This document shows positions 60,262-64,000 of a stretch of DNA of 64,000 nucleotides, in pieces (position 1 is the first letter of the stretch; the number at the start of each line of letters is the position of its first letter). The stretch is from Coniocarpon cinnabarinum (taxonomy: Eukaryota). The notes under the pieces are model-generated. The model had not been told where the DNA came from. It worked only from the letters and a program-made list of their open reading frames with translations, and searched no databases. The position numbers were made by a program, and so were the translations under genes. The stretch lies in the NCBI GenBank assembly GCA_051942205.1, contig JAVECO010000042.1, forward strand, positions 1 to 64,000, read 5' to 3'.

Positions 60262-61661
60262 TCAATGGCGTGCATGTTGAGCAAATACGGATATATCCCG
60301 CTTCATTTCGTTGGGTCCTTCTGATCTGTGCTGATAGCCTCGCACACTACTCGTCATGTCAAAGGTTGCAAAGAACATCAGGTAGAATGCATGAGCTTAC
60401 CGCGGTCCCCTTCCTGACTGCGCAGGCAGGCGATACTCGTAACGCTTATGAAACGCATCGCGCTTTTCCTGAAAGCTGCCTTGGGCGATGCTTGATCGGA
60501 TGGACTCAAAGAGTTTCTGGACGACGTTGATATTGTGCAGTTGCAGTAGCGTCCAAGCCAACATTTCTTTCGCGTTGAGTAGATGCTGTATATACGCGCG
60601 AGAATGCCTTTGGCAAGCGTAACAGTCGCATGAATTGATGAGGGGTTGTGTGTCGGTCGCAAACGAGGTAGACCACATGTCAACAGCAAGCTCGCTCCTG
60701 TCAGTCCCCCTAGCTGGCAGTGGACCATCGAATGAAAAGCAAAGACAGAGACCGGCATCGGTCGCCTGGTCGATAAACGTTGCTATGAGAACGTCTATAC
60801 CTGAACTCACGGCATCCAAAAGCTCGTGTGGACCGCCAATGTCATGCAATGCGAATTTCACCACAGACGCAAGGCTGAGAGGAAGGTCGAGAGCTTGGCA
60901 ATGTCGGTAGATGGCAAGTCCAGAGACTAAGCGCGGTCCATCGACACCAGCAACGCTTTCCAGGTACTGTGTCTGCTCAGAGATACCGATTGGTAAAACA
61001 GGCGCAAGAATATTTCGCTGCACGTAGCTGTCGTTTGGACGAAGGGAACTCAGTAACTCGTCTGTGCCTGTGGTGAGAAATCGCCACGTACGATCGATCA
61101 TCGTCTCTCGCCTTCTCGAACTGATGGCTTCAGAAAACACGAGATCGGACAGACCAACCATCATTTCAGGCTCCAGTCTTGACAGTGCGTCATAGTAATC
61201 TTCGCAAGGCAAGTGACGGAAGCCAGTCAATGTATTTATAGATATCCCGTCGTCTGTATTAGCAACGGGACTTGCAACAGGAGGAATTCTGCGTGGCCCC
61301 AAGACCACGATGCGGTCGTCTGTGAGACCGGTGAGGTCTTTGATGGATAAGTGAGATCCATCATGTTGACACACAACGGGCGAGCTTGCCAAGTTTGTTC
61401 CTACGACTTTTCATGTTGCATTAGGGTACATCGGGGAAAACTCACCCAAGATACTTGCTTACAGTCTTCGACGGCGAAGTATAAAATTGAGGTAGCAATG
61501 TGTTTTGCCACGAGATCTGGACTCAGATGAGGCACAACCCCTCGAGACGTGTGCAGCATCAGCGACGGTGTGGCGATCGATTTAGTCCCGAAGCTTAAGA
61601 CTCCAGCGCGAGGCTGAGTCTGCTCGTCTCGAACTTTACTTGATGTCTGGAATTGCAGCAT
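60262..61661 (-). CDS. QTRT2: Queuine tRNA-ribosyltransferase accessory subunit (3 exons)
   Basis: TSRGVVPHLSPD, Zn site CDCYAC..HSRAYIQHLLNAKEMLAWTLLQLHN, and GRGPR|VRGYQ. Confidence 0.9.
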
Positions 61662-62610
61662 GATAGGCAATGACCATGTTTTAAGAAAGTGGATGAGGAC
61701 GCCTAGATTAGGCCGTAGGAGACACTCCTCTGTCGTACAGTTCCGCAGTCGACAGTCTCATCCGAGGGCGGAAATCATCTACTGCATGCGTTCTTTCGTA
61801 ACAATATGTAGAGCAAATCCTCGCGATTAGTACCGAGGAGAGATAGCGGAGGATCAAGTATACAGGCAATGTCATGATAAAGCGTAAGGAGTGGGCATTG
61901 AATCAATGCCGCAGCTCGCAGGTCACGTGATATGTCTCATTTCTCACCAAGAGTGGCAATTTTATCATCTTAGATCCGCCCGAGTCAAGAAGTGATAGTA
62001 ATAACTGCGAATGAGAAGACGATCAAAATCGTCGTAGCAACTTTTGGACACCTCAACGCGATCAGACTCGCTCGACTTGCCAGATCGAATTGATTTGCAC
62101 TGGGAGGCATCACTTAGTGGATCAATTTGATCGCCGAAGCGATGCTCTAGCAGTGGTTCGCGCAACGTAGGCTCCTTCGTCATTGCAAGAAGCAGCTTTC
62201 TATTACAATCTTCAGCAAAGAGGCATTGCACGCGTCCAAGCATGGAGAATGGCGCCACTCATGCAAAACGTTCTGAAGATCGTGAATTTGCCCTTGTAAT
62301 TAATAGAAGCACTCCAGATGATTGCAGTATCCTTGATGCATCCGTTCACATCGATTGCATCAATAAACATCGTGCACTGAGGCAATCAAATACGAAAGAA
62401 TCTTGTAAAGTGGATGTAGATGTAACATACATCGTCTTTACTCTGCCTTGATCAATCATTGACCGACTGATCTGTGTGTTGGATAGACCCCACTTCAAAA
62501 CCCTTTTGTAATGAGTGCACGAGAAATGTATTGACATCTCTGTGTAGTCTCACTTCGATTATAGCTCTGCTAATGAGTGTATCTGATGTATCAAATTCAA
62601 AACCGTATGT

Positions 62611-63607
62611 TTACACCCACTGTTTGTTTCCAAAATGAGAGACAAGCGCACCACCGTTCCCATTCTCAATGCTAGCCTTTTCCCAGACCGACCTGACCGC
62701 CCGGACGGATTCCTCTGGACTGATCGGGCCCTTGAAATGAGGCGCATATATTTGAAGCTTGCTTGCAAATCCCATAAGGCCCTGTATCTGATCTGGGGTG
62801 ACTGTGGGTTTGCATCAGTCATATGTATCAGATGTTTTGAAGAATGACGGTGATTCATACGATTGTCGTTGTTGCCTGTATTCACCACTCCCGGGCTGAT
62901 AGCCATGAAGAGTACGCCTTCTTTCTTATATTGCGCGTTGAACTTGGCGACGATGACGTTCAAGGCTGCCTTGGAGGCTGCGTACAAAGAACCTGTCTCA
63001 ACCTCAAGATCGTTGGTAAAGTCAAGATCGGCTAGGCCTGTGGAAATGGCCATGACCTTCTTGGCCTTGCCTTTCAGGACCAGCGGGAGGAAGAGATGAA
63101 ACAAGTGCACGTTGCCGATGACGTTGGTCTGCCATAGCTGCGAGCCGACAGCTTCCAGCTCCTCAGGTCTATCGCTCCTGTTGAACACGTGGCGTCAGTC
63201 ACAGTTCAGCCTGTTTCGAAGCCAGGATGAAGTCAACCGACAGTGCGCCAAGAGGTCCAAAGGCGTCGAAATGGGTCACTAAAGCTCCATTGGCAACCAG
63301 GTAGTCAACACCGCGCTCGCCAACAGCCTGGGCAGTGTCGGCGGCGGCTTGCTTCAGGCTGGCGTAGTTGGTGAGGTCTGCATGGAGAATGTGGACGTTG
63401 GGGCGTTTCCCCAGCTCTGCCACCACCTTTTTCTCAGTCGCGACCTTATCGCGGACCAGACCAACAACCAGATTGTTTGAGTCTTCTGAGAGCTGCTTCA
63501 CAAATTCGAACTGTGCTGCGTTAAGCCCACAGGCGATGCGCAACAAGGCTAATCGGCAGACTCACACCGATGCCTCTTGCCGCGCCTGTGATGACGTACA
63601 CGGACAT
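62611..63607 (-). CDS. Short-chain dehydrogenase/reductase (4 exons)
   Basis: MSVYVITGAARGIG, DYLVANG, TNVIG, YAASK, ISPGVVNT, ...SHFGNKQWV*. Confidence 0.92.
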
Positions 63608-64000
63608 ATTGAGTGATTCTTGCTTGAGTGAATTGAACTGGGGTGCATCATCGTTATGTATCAGATGCTTGGTAGGTGCTATAGCAGTGACGTCCCGGCT
63701 GGTTGATTAATAATTCGGCGTATTGCTTAGTAATTTGGATTCTGGGGTCTCGTTCATTTCCTGTTTTGCGAATCGGCGTATCTGCATTGTCTTCCACACT
63801 ATTTATAGCTACCACAGTTCTCGCCCAGTGCACGACATATACTCTTATCGTGCATTTGACATACGTGTGAAATCAAAAGATACGCCTACAAAGCAATCGA
63901 CTTTGCGACCTGCCAAGACAATCTTCACGATCGTTCGGGTTGATGCATGATGCCGTTGGAAGACGCATGTCTGCGAGACGCTTCCGCACTATCTTTACCT

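Overview
Intron-rich DNA from a filamentous ascomycete (Pezizomycotina-type gene content; short GT-AG introns with CTRAC branch sites). It has three zones. (1) 1-20.7 kb is mostly housekeeping: Aim25-like scramblase (runs off the left edge), SEN2, SAM decarboxylase with a long uORF-bearing leader, HID1/Ecm30, POM34-like nucleoporin, SRPBCC-like protein, degenerate AMP-binding protein, a mitochondrial protein, IMG1/bL19m and two orphans. (2) About 22.3-48.8 kb is a candidate secondary-metabolite cluster with no PKS, NRPS or GGPPS in the window. It holds an MFS exporter, two PTH11/SAT4-like membrane proteins, a sulfotransferase-like P-loop protein, a stand-alone class I terpene cyclase resembling the cyclase half of chimeric di/sesterterpene synthases, two P450s, a UbiA prenyltransferase, an FAD monooxygenase, one intact and one pseudogenised O-methyltransferase and a second MFS. 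Several cluster promoters are rich in AGGCA/TGCCT, and there are signs of partial decay. (3) 49.5-64 kb has orphan ORFs and repeats, then nitronate monooxygenase, QTRT2 and an SDR. All calls come from reading translations and motifs by eye; no database searches were run, and exon boundaries are manual predictions.
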